Source of the DNA: Spirochaetia bacterium
GTDB taxonomy: Bacteria; Spirochaetota; Spirochaetia; SZUA-6; Bin103
Assembly (NCBI GenBank): GCA_965208575.1
Contig: CBDBOV010000006.1
Location: 896,001-960,000, forward strand
Length of the DNA: 64,000 nt
Direction: 5' to 3'
Shown: piece by piece, positions 1 through 8,812 of the stretch
How the letters are laid out: each line of letters opens with the position of its first letter
Numbering within the stretch: position 1 is the stretch's first letter
The notes under the pieces: model-generated
The model's input: only the letters and a program-made list of their open reading frames with translations
Database searches by the model: none
Told to the model about the DNA's origin: nothing
Position numbers and translations under genes: made by a program

Positions 1-1220
1 TCATCGCGCGGCTGGTGCGGGACGGCCTGGACCGCTACGACCCGGCGCGGCCCCGGGGCACGCGGGGCACCGGCGGTCGCGGCTCGGTCAACGGCGCGCG
101 AACCGTGAGCAAGCCGGCGCGGCGCGATACGGAAACGGTGCAGCAATGCGCGGTGCGCGGGCGCGGGAGCGATGTCGAACGGCAGAGCGAAGTCGTGCAG
201 GGTGACGCACCGTCCGCGACCGTGCGGGATGTGGTGCCCGCTTCGGCGCCGAAGCGCCCCTTGGAAGCCGGGCACGGCAGCGCGTCACCGGCGACGGCAC
301 CCAACAACGGCGGGCACACGACTTCGGCGCGGAAGCGCGCCTCGGAAGCCGAGCACGGCAGCGCGTCACCGGCGACGGCACCGAACAGCGGCGACCACAC
401 CATTTCGGCGGCGAAGCGCCACGAGCAAGCCGAGTTCGGTCGCACTTCCCGTGCGGCGGCGGGGGTCGGCAGCGGGCGGGCCGCTTCGCCGGCGAAGCCG
501 TATACGGAAGCCGAGGCCGGCAGCACGAAGTCCGCGGTGGTGCGCAGCAGCGGCGGGCACACCACTCCGCCGGCGAAGCAGGTCGCGCAGGATGAGGACG
601 CGCACATCGAGGTAGCGGAGCGCCTTTGTGGCGCCGCCGTTCCCGCGCCGGACCGCCGTCGGGAGACCGAGCAGGCATGCGGGCAACCGAAGGCCATGCA
701 CGGAAACGGCGGCCGGGCTGCTTCGCCGGCGAACCGGCCAGGGCGGGCCGACGACGATGGCCGGGGCGCGGCGGGAGCGCAGTTCGATGCCGGCAAACGC
801 GGCGCTTCGCGGGCACCGGTACGGGGCCACGACCGGTTCACGAGTTCGGCGGCGGAGCGGCTGGCGTACGCAGCCGGGCAAGGCGCGGTGGAGCGGTCGC
901 CGGCCCTGGCGCGGCACCTCGCCGCGTTGAACGGCTTCGGCGCGTCGCCGGGCTCCCGCTCACGGTACATCCCGGTGGCCGTGCGGCGCGAGGTGTGGCG
1001 CCGCGACAACGGTTGTTGCAGCTATGTCGACCCGCACAGCGGCCGGCGCTGCGGTTCCCGCTATCGGCTGGAGATCGACCACGTGGTGCCGTTCGCGCTC
1101 GGCGGCGCTACCGAGCTGTGGAACCTCAGAATTCGGTGCCGTGCCCACCACAGGTTGCGCCACGCTCCGCGCCATGCCCACCCGGCGAGTGTGCCGAGTG
1201 AGAACCCGGGCGCACCGTGA
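1..1220 (+). CDS. HNH endonuclease domain protein, probably 5'-truncated by the window edge, with an internal 27-aa repeat region
   Basis: C-terminal RYIPVAVRREVWRRDNGCCSYVD..C..LEIDHVVPFALGG...NLRIRCRAHH is a typical HNH motif. Confidence 0.85.
   Translation, partial: IARLVRDGLDRYDPARPRGTRGTGGRGSVNGARTVSKPARRDTETVQQCAVRGRGSDVERQSEVVQGDAPSATVRDVVPASAPKRPLEAGHGSASPATAPNNGGHTTSARKRASEAEHGSASPATAPNSGDHTISAAKRHEQAEFGRTSRAAAGVGSGRAASPAKPYTEAEAGSTKSAVVRSSGGHTTPPAKQVAQDEDAHIEVAERLCGAAVPAPDRRRETEQACGQPKAMHGNGGRAASPANRPGRADDDGRGAAGAQFDAGKRGASRAPVRGHDRFTSSAAERLAYAAGQGAVERSPALARHLAALNGFGASPGSRSRYIPVAVRREVWRRDNGCCSYVDPHSGRRCGSRYRLEIDHVVPFALGGATELWNLRIRCRAHHRLRHAPRHAHPASVPSENPGAP
241..600 (+). repeat. 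81-bp (27-aa) degenerate tandem repeat inside the HNH gene
   Basis: Units start (c/t)ttcg(g/c)c..cgaagc at 241, 322, 403, 484 and 565. Confidence 0.8.
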
Positions 1221-1489
1221 AGTCGCATGACGCGAGCCGTCGCGCCGGTACGTGATCGCGCCATCGTGGAGACCTGTGACGCCACGCATGATCGCGCCGC
1301 CGCTCCAGCTCGCATCGCCTTCGCAGTCTCCCTCGCTACGATGTGGATGCTATCTGCCTACCGCTTCACGCATGCGGCGCGAGCCTGCAAATCCTGCGTT
1401 CCCCAGAGCCGCAAGACCGGCGCGGCGCCGCTAGTTGGTCCCGAGAAGGCTTGACGCCTGCGCGCACCTGCGCTACCTCTACCAGCAGG

Positions 1490-2047
1490 ATGCGAGCGTC
1501 AGACCTGATCCTGTACATCCTGCAGTACCGGCCGCTGCCGACGACCAAACTGGTGAAGTTGCTGTATCTCGTCGATCTCGCCTGGGTGCAACTCACCGGG
1601 AAGCCGTTGACCAATCTCCCGTATATCTGGTACCTGCGCGGTCCTTACTGTGACGAGATTGAGGCTGCGCTATGGGACCTGGAGGATGAGCGAGCCGTAA
1701 CCGTCACGTCGGGCACGACGCAAGACGGGCATGATTACACGCTGTATAGGGCTGCGACTGATCTCGCCGAGCATGTCGGTCCCGAAGTGGAGAAGGTTGT
1801 GAAGTACATTGTGCGCCGCTTCTCCGACATGAAACTGCAAACCCTGCTCGATTACGTGTACGCGACGCCGCCGATGGCTCAGGTTCAAACAAGGGGCGAG
1901 AGGTTCGTGAAGCTGGACCTCGAGCTGGATCCGAAGCGGCGGTTCAGTCGGGACGACGTCCTGTCCATACTTGATCAGCAGCTCGCCGCCGACACTGCCA
2001 AGCGCGTGCCCGGCGACGAGGTGATGAACAAGCTCGGCCTCGATTGA
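1490..2047 (+). CDS. Panacea-domain (DUF4065/SocA-like) antitoxin
   Basis: TKLVKLLYLVD...Y.WYLRGPY motif; ATG at 1490. Confidence 0.8.
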   Translation: MRASDLILYILQYRPLPTTKLVKLLYLVDLAWVQLTGKPLTNLPYIWYLRGPYCDEIEAALWDLEDERAVTVTSGTTQDGHDYTLYRAATDLAEHVGPEVEKVVKYIVRRFSDMKLQTLLDYVYATPPMAQVQTRGERFVKLDLELDPKRRFSRDDVLSILDQQLAADTAKRVPGDEVMNKLGLD

Positions 2048-2339
2048 GCGCTCGCACGCCTACGATTCAATACACCGAGAATGCCGAGAGCTACCTCCTG
2101 GGGCGCTGGGGTGATCTGACTCCCGCTCAGCAAGCAAGGGCGCGAAGGTTCTTCGCCGACTTCCACGCGCCGACCCGTGGTCGATGGCCCGGGAGCCGGC
2201 GTTGCCGCTGAACGGCCCCTGGTACGCCGAGCGCCCGATAGGCGAGGGCCGGATTGCGAATGTGCACATCAAGACAGAGACCGCGCACGGCAAAACCACC
2301 GTGGTGGTGCTCGCCGTTTCGTTCGCCTACGTGATTTAG
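2044..2339 (+). pseudogene. Frameshifted ~97-aa putative toxin (RelE/ParE-like size) coupled to the Panacea gene
   Basis: TTG overlaps the antitoxin stop (TTGA). Removing 2 nt near 2167 gives one ORF ending at TAG 2339. Confidence 0.5.
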
Positions 2340-2355
2340 CTTTTAGCGGGCGAGG

Positions 2356-3329
2356 TCAGCCGCCGTGGCCAGACGATCGGCGCAGCGCGGAAAGGAAATC
2401 GGCCTCATCGGCGCAGCCGAGGGCCGCTGTCAGCAGCGCCGCCTCCGACGCCGTGGCGAACGCCTCCGCATCGGCAGAGAAACCCTCCGACACCGCAATG
2501 CCCCGCGACTGCAGAATCTGGCGGACCATCCGTGCACGACCTTGCGCCAAGCCGCGCTCGAACCCCTGGCGCCGTTGCGAGCGCAGCAGCGGGTCGTCGT
2601 CCGGGCCGGTGCCTTCGCGCGCGCCGAGCGCCGCGGCAACCCGCTCCACGGCCGCGCTCGTCTGCGCCGACGGCGCCGGTTCGTTCAGCGCCAGGTGAAT
2701 CTCTTCGGCCCGCCAGCCGGGAAAGGCCCGGCTCGCGGCCGCGACCCGGAACCGGCCATGCTCCAGCACATGAATCGTCAGTCCCGAGGGACGCCGGTGC
2801 GGCCGGCTCGGCGACGGCGCGTCCGGCACCTCCACCCACACTTCCGGGAATCCCCACGCTTCGTACAGCGCGAGCTTGCCGCGGTGGACGTCGGTGGTGT
2901 GATCCACCTCCAGCACCACGTCGGGAAAGTCGTCCTCGCCCACCACCATGGCGCCGGCCCCGGCTTGGCCCGCCCCGGATGCAGGTACACCGACTCGTCG
3001 GCCTGCATGATGCGCCGCGGCTCGCCGGCGGCGTCGCGCAGCAGCAGGTCCATCGAGCCGTACGATTCGATCGGCGAACCGCGCACCCTGGCTATCCGCT
3101 CAGTCAGGCGCGTCAGGAGCCGCGACGGCCGCTCGTGATAGGGAGTGGTGGGGTCGCAGATCCAGGCGGTCTCGGTGGCCGCATCCCAGTACTCGAGCCG
3201 CCCCTCGAAGCGGTCGATCTCGGTGCGCGGCAGGTGCACCGGCTTGCAGCCGGGGAACGCCGGCGGGTGGGCGCGTCGGGGTTGGGCTGCCGCGTGGCGC
3301 CCGGATGGCGGTGCTTCGGTGCTGGCCAT
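2356..3329 (-). pseudogene. Uma2/DUF820-family endonuclease, frameshifted near 2955
   Basis: N-terminal half (RLEYWDAATETAWIC...QADESVYLHP) and C-terminal half (PDVVLEVDHTTDV..GKL.LY) lie in different frames; the paralog at 35592-36632 is intact. Confidence 0.8.
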
Positions 3330-3414
3330 GACGCCATGGTAGGCCATCTCGCGCGCGCATGCAAACCGAACGTTCCAGATCCGCCAGAGCCGGGAACGCA
3401 TCAAAACCGTGAGA

Positions 3415-3443
3415 TTGACAGTGTGCGGCGGGCGGTGCATAGT
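3415..3443 (+). promoter_or_regulatory. sigma70-like promoter, cassette 1
   Basis: TTGACA-N17-CATAGT; homologous copy at 47214-47242. Confidence 0.55.
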
Positions 3444-3831
3444 AGAGTTTTTAGGGATTCTTGCCTCATGCCGACGACGCTCGACCATAGCACTCAGCGC
3501 TGTCACCAGTTGACGCAGTTGGTTACGCCCCCCCCCGGAGATCGAAGGACTCGGTAGGGCCTGACCGCTCACCGCGCCGCGTCCGTATCTTCCACGTTGC
3601 CGGCGGCGGCGCGGTTCCCGTAGACAGCCACATCCATCACACCACGCCCGCCCGCGGCGGCGGCCGCGGGGCACCCTCAGCCCTGGCAGCCAGCCACGAG
3701 CCGCCAGGCCCCGGGGCGACCACCCGCACCCTGCGAACCAGACGGAGTTTCCGGCCGGAGTTTCCGGCCACACATCAAACAACACGGGTACCGGGATGCA
3801 TCCCGATCCCGAGAACGAGGAGGAGTACGTT

Positions 3832-5622
3832 ATGACTCCAAAACTCATTGTACTGTCACTGGCGTTCGCGCTGGTGGCTGTCGTTACGTTCGCCAGCGCC
3901 GACGCCGAAGAGGCGGGCGCGGCGATGGAGAAGGAGATGGTGCTCGACCCCACCACCGGCGAGATGGTGCTCGCCCCCGAGTACGGCGGGACCTTGACCT
4001 ACGCCAACAATCAGGAGCCGCCAAACAGTGACATGTTTGTTGGGTCGCTGACTGCGGGATGGGCCATTTCGGGGGTGCTTGAGAAACTCAGTGTCGCCGA
4101 CTGGGGCGTGGACCGGAGTGTGAACAACCTGCGCAACGAGTATCTCTCGGACGATCAACTGAGACCGGCGCTGGCGGCAAGCTGGGAGAACCCCGATCCG
4201 AACACGTATATCTTCCACATCCGCCAGGGTGTGCACTGGCACGACAAGGCCCCGATGAACGGCCGGGAATTGACTGCTGAGGATGTCGTGTTCAACTATC
4301 ACCGGGCAACGGGGATGGGCAGTGGCTTCAGTAAACCCGAGGAGCTGAGCAGCCAACTCCCGACCCTGGAATACGAATCGATCTCGGCGAGCGACCAGTA
4401 TACGGTCGTTGTCAAGTTGGAGAACCCCCGCCTCGATGCGTTCCGAGTGCTGGTCGAAGACAACGTCGGCTTTATAGCACCCCCCGAGGTCATCGAGCAG
4501 CACGGCGATCATTCGGATTGGCGGAACCTGGTCGGCACCGGGCCGTTCGAGCTGACGGATTGGGTCGACGGCTCGTCGCTGACCTGGACCAGGAATGCGA
4601 ACTACTGGGGCACTGACGAGAAGTACCCGCAGAACCAGTTGCCCTATATCGACACCCTGAGATTACTGGTGATGCCGGACGAGGCATCCCGCCTCGCGGC
4701 CCTGCGTTCGGGGAAGGTGGACTACATCGGTCACAACGCCGGCTCGTCGATCAAGACCCCGGACGCGGTCGAGAGCATCGAGCGGACCAACCCCGACCTC
4801 AATATCTGGCCGTACTATTTTCGCTCGAACGCCGGTATGGCCTATGACGTGACCAAGCCGCCCTTTGACGATATTCGGGTCCGCAAAGCCCTGCAGATGG
4901 CCGTGGATGTCGAGACTATCAACGACACCTACTACAAGGGATTGGCGGTGGCGACTCCGCAAGGCAACCTGGGCAACTTCCAAACCGCGTTTGCCATCCA
5001 CTATGACGACTGGCCTGAAGAAATAAAAGCCGGCTATCGGTACGACCCCGACGCCGCAGAGAGGCTGTTGGATGAGGCCGGGTATCCGCGCGGTGAAAAC
5101 GGCATTCGGTTCAAGACACCTATGGATGGCACCACCTATGCCGCCTTCAATGCCGATTATTTCGACATCGTCAGAGACTACTGGAGCAAGATTGGCGTCG
5201 GAACAGAAATGGCGCTCCATGAAATAACGGCGTGGGCCGCTCGCGCTCAGAAGCGTGAGTTTGAAGGGATGAGCTGGGCGATAGCAGCTGGCCCTTATCA
5301 TCCTTTGAACACCCTGAACACGTTCACCTCCGGCTTCACCTGGAACAAGGGTGGAGTGAGTGACCCGAAGTATGACGCCCTCTATGAGTCGATGAGAACC
5401 GCTCAAACTGCGGAGGAGTTGGGGAATTACGCCAAGCAGGCCGATCTCTACGCGGTTGCCCAGCACTGGCAACTCTTTGGACCCGTTGAACCTTCGTACA
5501 ACGTCACCCAGCCATGGCTCAAGGGTCACATCGGAGAGTTCTACATGGGGGTATGGAACAAGAATGCCGTCTACGCCCGCGTCTGGATCGATCAGGACTT
5601 GAAGGAAGAAATGGGCTTCTAA
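3832..5622 (+). CDS. ABC transporter substrate-binding protein, family 5 (cassette 1)
   Basis: Signal peptide; EYGGTLT, LAASWE, GTGPF and PPFDDIRVRKALQMA motifs; GAGGAG RBS. Confidence 0.95.
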   Translation: MTPKLIVLSLAFALVAVVTFASADAEEAGAAMEKEMVLDPTTGEMVLAPEYGGTLTYANNQEPPNSDMFVGSLTAGWAISGVLEKLSVADWGVDRSVNNLRNEYLSDDQLRPALAASWENPDPNTYIFHIRQGVHWHDKAPMNGRELTAEDVVFNYHRATGMGSGFSKPEELSSQLPTLEYESISASDQYTVVVKLENPRLDAFRVLVEDNVGFIAPPEVIEQHGDHSDWRNLVGTGPFELTDWVDGSSLTWTRNANYWGTDEKYPQNQLPYIDTLRLLVMPDEASRLAALRSGKVDYIGHNAGSSIKTPDAVESIERTNPDLNIWPYYFRSNAGMAYDVTKPPFDDIRVRKALQMAVDVETINDTYYKGLAVATPQGNLGNFQTAFAIHYDDWPEEIKAGYRYDPDAAERLLDEAGYPRGENGIRFKTPMDGTTYAAFNADYFDIVRDYWSKIGVGTEMALHEITAWAARAQKREFEGMSWAIAAGPYHPLNTLNTFTSGFTWNKGGVSDPKYDALYESMRTAQTAEELGNYAKQADLYAVAQHWQLFGPVEPSYNVTQPWLKGHIGEFYMGVWNKNAVYARVWIDQDLKEEMGF

Positions 5623-5650
5623 GTCTGGCCGGGAACTGTTCCGCCATGGA

Positions 5651-5686
5651 GACAGGCGCCGGGAGATACCTCTTCCGGCGCCTGTC
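5651..5686 (+). terminator. Intergenic hairpin after SBP1
   Basis: gacaggcgccgg...ccggcgcctgtc inverted repeat; no U-tract. Confidence 0.5.
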
Positions 5687-5703
5687 AGACCTCCTCGCCA
5701 CCC

Positions 5704-6660
5704 ATGAAAGCGTACATTATCCGCCGGGTTCTGCTTCTCATTCCCACCTTTCTGCTGTTGACGATTCTGGTGTTCCTGTCAGTCCGCTTCATCCCGGGAG
5801 ATGTCATAGACAGGATGATGGTCGACATGGAAGCCCACTTCGCGGACAATGTGGACCGCGCAGCGCTCGAGCGCAAGTTGGGACTGGACCAGCCCGTGTA
5901 CGTACAGTACGGACGCTGGATGGGAGGTATCCTACTGCGCGGTACCCTCGGCAATTCACTATTCGGCGACTGGTCGGTCGAGGAGAAGATATTGGGCAGA
6001 TTGCCGGTCACCATCGAGTTGGGTGTCATGGCTATCGTAATCGGGCTGGTGATAGCCCTGCCGGTCGGCATCTATTCCGCGATTCGCCGCAACACGGCAG
6101 CCGACTATGTGGGGCGCTCGGTCGCGATCGTCGGTCTGGCGACTCCCAACTTCTGGTTGGGGACGATGGTGATGATCTTTCCGGCCATCTGGTGGGCCTG
6201 GTCGCCACCCATGGAGCTGGTGCCGCTGGCGGAAGATCCGCTCGGCAACTTCGGCGTGTTCATCATTCCCGGTCTCATCCTGGGGACCTATCTGGCCGCG
6301 GCCACCATGCGGATGACCCGCACCATGATGCTGGAGGTGCTCAGGCAGGACTACGTCAGGACTGCCTGGTCCAAGGGTCTGAAGGAGCGGGTGGTCGTCA
6401 TGAGACACGCCGTCAAGAATGCCCTCATCCCGGTCGTCACCCTGATCGGCCTGCAGTTGCCCATCCTGGTAGGCGGCTCGGTGATCATGGAGAACATCTT
6501 CAACCTGCCGGGGCTCGGCCGCCTCATGCTGGACGCTCTGACGAACAGAGACTACCCGGTGGTGTCCGGAGTAAACCTGTTTTTCGCCACCGCGGTGATG
6601 GTGATCAATCTCGTCACCGACCTGACCTACGCGTACCTGGACCCCCGAGTCCGCTGGTAG
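5704..6660 (+). CDS. ABC permease, DppB/OppB-like (cassette 1)
   Basis: YIIRR N-terminus; RTMMLEVLRQDYVRTAWSKGL loop; LDPRVR end. Confidence 0.95.
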   Translation: MKAYIIRRVLLLIPTFLLLTILVFLSVRFIPGDVIDRMMVDMEAHFADNVDRAALERKLGLDQPVYVQYGRWMGGILLRGTLGNSLFGDWSVEEKILGRLPVTIELGVMAIVIGLVIALPVGIYSAIRRNTAADYVGRSVAIVGLATPNFWLGTMVMIFPAIWWAWSPPMELVPLAEDPLGNFGVFIIPGLILGTYLAAATMRMTRTMMLEVLRQDYVRTAWSKGLKERVVVMRHAVKNALIPVVTLIGLQLPILVGGSVIMENIFNLPGLGRLMLDALTNRDYPVVSGVNLFFATAVMVINLVTDLTYAYLDPRVRW

Positions 6661-6683
6661 CTGGGAGTGACCCGGGCTGACCC

Positions 6684-7592
6684 ATGGGCGTGTCGCTGAA
6701 ACGACTGGTACAACGACTGGTAAAGGAGCAACCTCTTGGCACACTTGGGGGGTGTGTCGTCCTTGCATTCATCGTCGTGAGTATCTTTGCCGGTGCTCTG
6801 GCTCCGTATGAACCTGACGACCTGCACCTGGTGGACAGGTTCCAAGGCCCGTCGGCCCGCTATCTTCTGGGTACCGACCAACTCGGACGCGACCTGCTGA
6901 GCCGCCTGATCTACGGGGCGCGGATTTCGGTATTCGTCGGGCTGGCCGGAACTACGGTGCACGTGGTGGTGGCCGCGCTGATCGGCGGCACGGCCGGGTT
7001 CTTCGGGGGAAAACTGGATCTGGCAGTGCAACGAATCATCGATGCCTGGATGTCGTTCCCGGGACTGCTGCTGTTGTTGACGATCATGTCCATAGCCGGG
7101 CAGGGACTGGCGCAGATAATCATCGTGTTGGGGGTGTCCGCCGGCATTACCAATTCGCGGGTGGTGAGAAGTGCCGTCATCGGGATCAAGGGGAATGACT
7201 ACTTCGCGGCGGCACAGGCGACCGGCAGCCAAACCCCGCGCACGCTGATGCGGCACGTGCTGCCCAATGTCGCAGCACCCATGATCATCATCTACTCGAT
7301 TACCATCGGCGGCATCATCGTGTCCGAGGCCTCCCTGAGTTTTCTGGGATTCGGTCTGCCGCACGACGTTCCCAGTTGGGGTGGGATGCTCAGCCGCGAA
7401 GGACGCCAACACATGGAGATAGCCCCGCGGCTGGCGCTGTGGCCCGGTCTCTGCCTGACGATTGTCGTGTACAGCGTCAACATGTTCGGCGATGCGCTGC
7501 GCGACCTGCTCGACCCGCGGCTCAGAGGCGGCGACGGTGGGCTGGGCTCCCCCGGCAGCAGTTCGGTCAGGAGAGCCGCCAAGGCCGAGTGA
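6684..7592 (+). CDS. ABC permease, DppC/OppC-like (cassette 1)
   Basis: LLGTDQLGRDLLSRLIYGARIS; EASLSFLGFG..PSWG; GDALRDLLDPR. Confidence 0.95.
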   Translation: MGVSLKRLVQRLVKEQPLGTLGGCVVLAFIVVSIFAGALAPYEPDDLHLVDRFQGPSARYLLGTDQLGRDLLSRLIYGARISVFVGLAGTTVHVVVAALIGGTAGFFGGKLDLAVQRIIDAWMSFPGLLLLLTIMSIAGQGLAQIIIVLGVSAGITNSRVVRSAVIGIKGNDYFAAAQATGSQTPRTLMRHVLPNVAAPMIIIYSITIGGIIVSEASLSFLGFGLPHDVPSWGGMLSREGRQHMEIAPRLALWPGLCLTIVVYSVNMFGDALRDLLDPRLRGGDGGLGSPGSSSVRRAAKAE

Positions 7593-7607
7593 CAGAGCGA
7601 CACGGAG

Positions 7608-8057
7608 TCGCACAAGCTGCGGCGCAACCCGGGGCCGGGGGAGGCGGCGAAGCTGGCCGTTCCGGTGGAGGCGCCGGCCGGCTCGGTGATCGTGTTCCAC
7701 GGCAACCTATGGCATGGATCGTTTCCACGGGCGAATCCCGGACTGCGGCTGACGATCACGGCGTTCTACAGTGCCCACTACTGCCGCCCGCAGGAGCACT
7801 TCCCCGGCCAGGTTACCGACGAGAGCCTGGCCCGCAATGGCGAGCGGTTTCGGCAACTGGTCAACCTGCAGGACGTCTGGGGCATCGAGACCGCGGGCGA
7901 CCACGGGGTTCCCCGGTGGGAGCGCGGCACCGGGGTGACGCTGCGTCAGATCCAGGAGGGGACGGTCACCCATCACGGTCGGACCTATCGCATCGAGAAC
8001 GACGACACCATCACCGAACACGCGGCGGGGCGCATGCGCTACCGCGCCGTCGACTGA
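7608..8057 (+). pseudogene. C-terminal fragment of a phytanoyl-CoA dioxygenase (PhyH)-family 2OG-Fe(II) oxygenase
   Basis: SHKL...VPVEAPAGSVIVFHGNLWHGS..N...LR; the N-terminal HxD half is missing. Confidence 0.7.
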
Positions 8058-8169
8058 GCCGGCATGGGGGAGGGGCACCGCGCCGCGATGGGCTCTCCAT
8101 CGAGTGGCACAACCTGCAGCCGGACATTTGAGCGCACGCTGGTAGGCCGCTTTCTCGACGAACTCGACG

Positions 8170-8345
8170 ACGTGCGCTTGACGGCCTGTTGCGGCGGCGC
8201 CTATGATGACCGCCTTGGGTGCCCGACGGATGCGGACGATGCATGCGATGTATGCGATGTATGACGCGCGCTTGACGGCTGTTGCAGGGTCGGCTATGAT
8301 GAGGGCCCTTGGAATCGCGACCGATGCGAATGCTGCATGACCACA
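8170..8345 (+). promoter_or_regulatory. Tandemly duplicated sigma70-like promoter, cassette 2
   Basis: TTGACG-N18-TATGAT (8178-8207) and TTGACG-N17-TATGAT (8272-8300) in ~94-bp repeat units. Confidence 0.65.
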
Positions 8346-8623
8346 GGTTCCGGCGCAGCCACCGGTTAGCTTCACTGCCGCCGGTGCGCCTCCCCCCCCC
8401 TCCCCCTCCCCCCGCAACTCTTTATACAATAATCCATTAACACTAACCGCCCCGGCTGATCGTCCCGTACGCGACCTCGCGTACGCCGTCGCCTTCACCA
8501 CCGCCGTAGCTATAGCTGGCGCCGCCTCGATCCATCGCCGAACCGGCATGCGGGCCGCCCGCCACGCGCAGCGCACCCGACAAACACGGCAAGCACCCGG
8601 ACCAGGGCCTACCTACAGAAAAC

Positions 8624-8812
8624 GGAGGTGCAAGTGATACTCAAAGAACCGCACCATGCGCGCGGCCCGAGTTCATGACGCTCATGCCGCGCGCATGACC
8701 ACCAGGGATTGCCGCCGCTGTCTGGCCGCCTGCGTTGCGGGCGCGAGAGTGGCAGGGAAAGGCAACTCGCTCGGAGAGCACTCTCAGAATCTCAGATATG
8801 GGAGAGATCAGT
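8624..8812 (+). promoter_or_regulatory. MILKEP leader, divergent copy (uORF 8634-8678, MILKEPHHARGPSS) with hairpins
   Basis: GGAGGT then GTG ATA CTC AAA GAA CCG; stems catgcgcgcggc/gccgcgcgcatg and gagagtg/cactctc. Confidence 0.7.
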
